DNA of 32,936 nucleotides from a virus (Duplodnaviria > Heunggongvirae > Uroviricota > Caudoviricetes). Below, piece after piece: positions 32,865 through 32,936 of this stretch. A program made the translations under genes and the position numbers. The DNA is taken from the IMG/VR virus record IMGVR_UViG_3300009132_000002. One strand, given 5' to 3'. The notes beneath the pieces are model-generated. The model was not told the origin of the DNA. It saw only the letters and a program-made list of their open reading frames with translations, and searched no databases. The first letter of the stretch is position 1, and every line of letters begins with the position of its first letter.

Positions 32865-32936
32865 CTGTTTTCACCAAAAACCTAATGTTTTTGTATTACC
32901 AGCTATAATAGCAAAACACGTAACAATGTGTAAAAT

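Noticed and set aside
1-32936. Integrase, transposase, IS ends or bacterial host flank
   Set aside because: No such ORFs or terminal inverted repeats were seen; host-like genes (porin, ssrA, iscA, sugar enzymes) sit within phage-style operons under phage-style promoters.

Overview
A 33-kb segment of an AT-rich, T4-like (Tevenvirinae-related) myophage genome, almost entirely coded on the minus strand. The host is most likely a marine alphaproteobacterium, based on the tmRNA type and the porin style. In transcription order (right to left): gp43 DNA polymerase; HAD-type phosphomannomutase and a cupin; a hyperplastic run of small accessory ORFs with shared gene-junction repeats; a sugar-nucleotide/glycosyltransferase block (cytidylyltransferase, MazG, two TAGT/GREB1-like glycosyltransferases, AEP primase-like protein, EndoII-like GIY-YIG nuclease, NAD epimerase, UDP-glucose dehydrogenase) occupying the uvsX-gp43 interval where T4 keeps beta-gt and gp42; uvsX, gp40-like, gp41; thyX; PRTase; adenine methyltransferase; SleB-type hydrolase; a stand-alone ligase Ia domain; a circularly permuted two-piece tmRNA (tag ANDNFAPSGFALAA) followed by about 200 nt of additional structured RNA; a porin; a cassette of signal-peptide proteins including a fimbrial-subunit-like and a pilus-chaperone-like protein; an A-type Fe-S carrier; and tail-fibre-like genes. 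The best candidates for undescribed biology are the phage-encoded chaperone/fimbrial-like secreted cassette, a predicted uronic-acid DNA hypermodification pathway, and the ncRNA cluster. All protein calls come from motif recognition by eye, without database searches.
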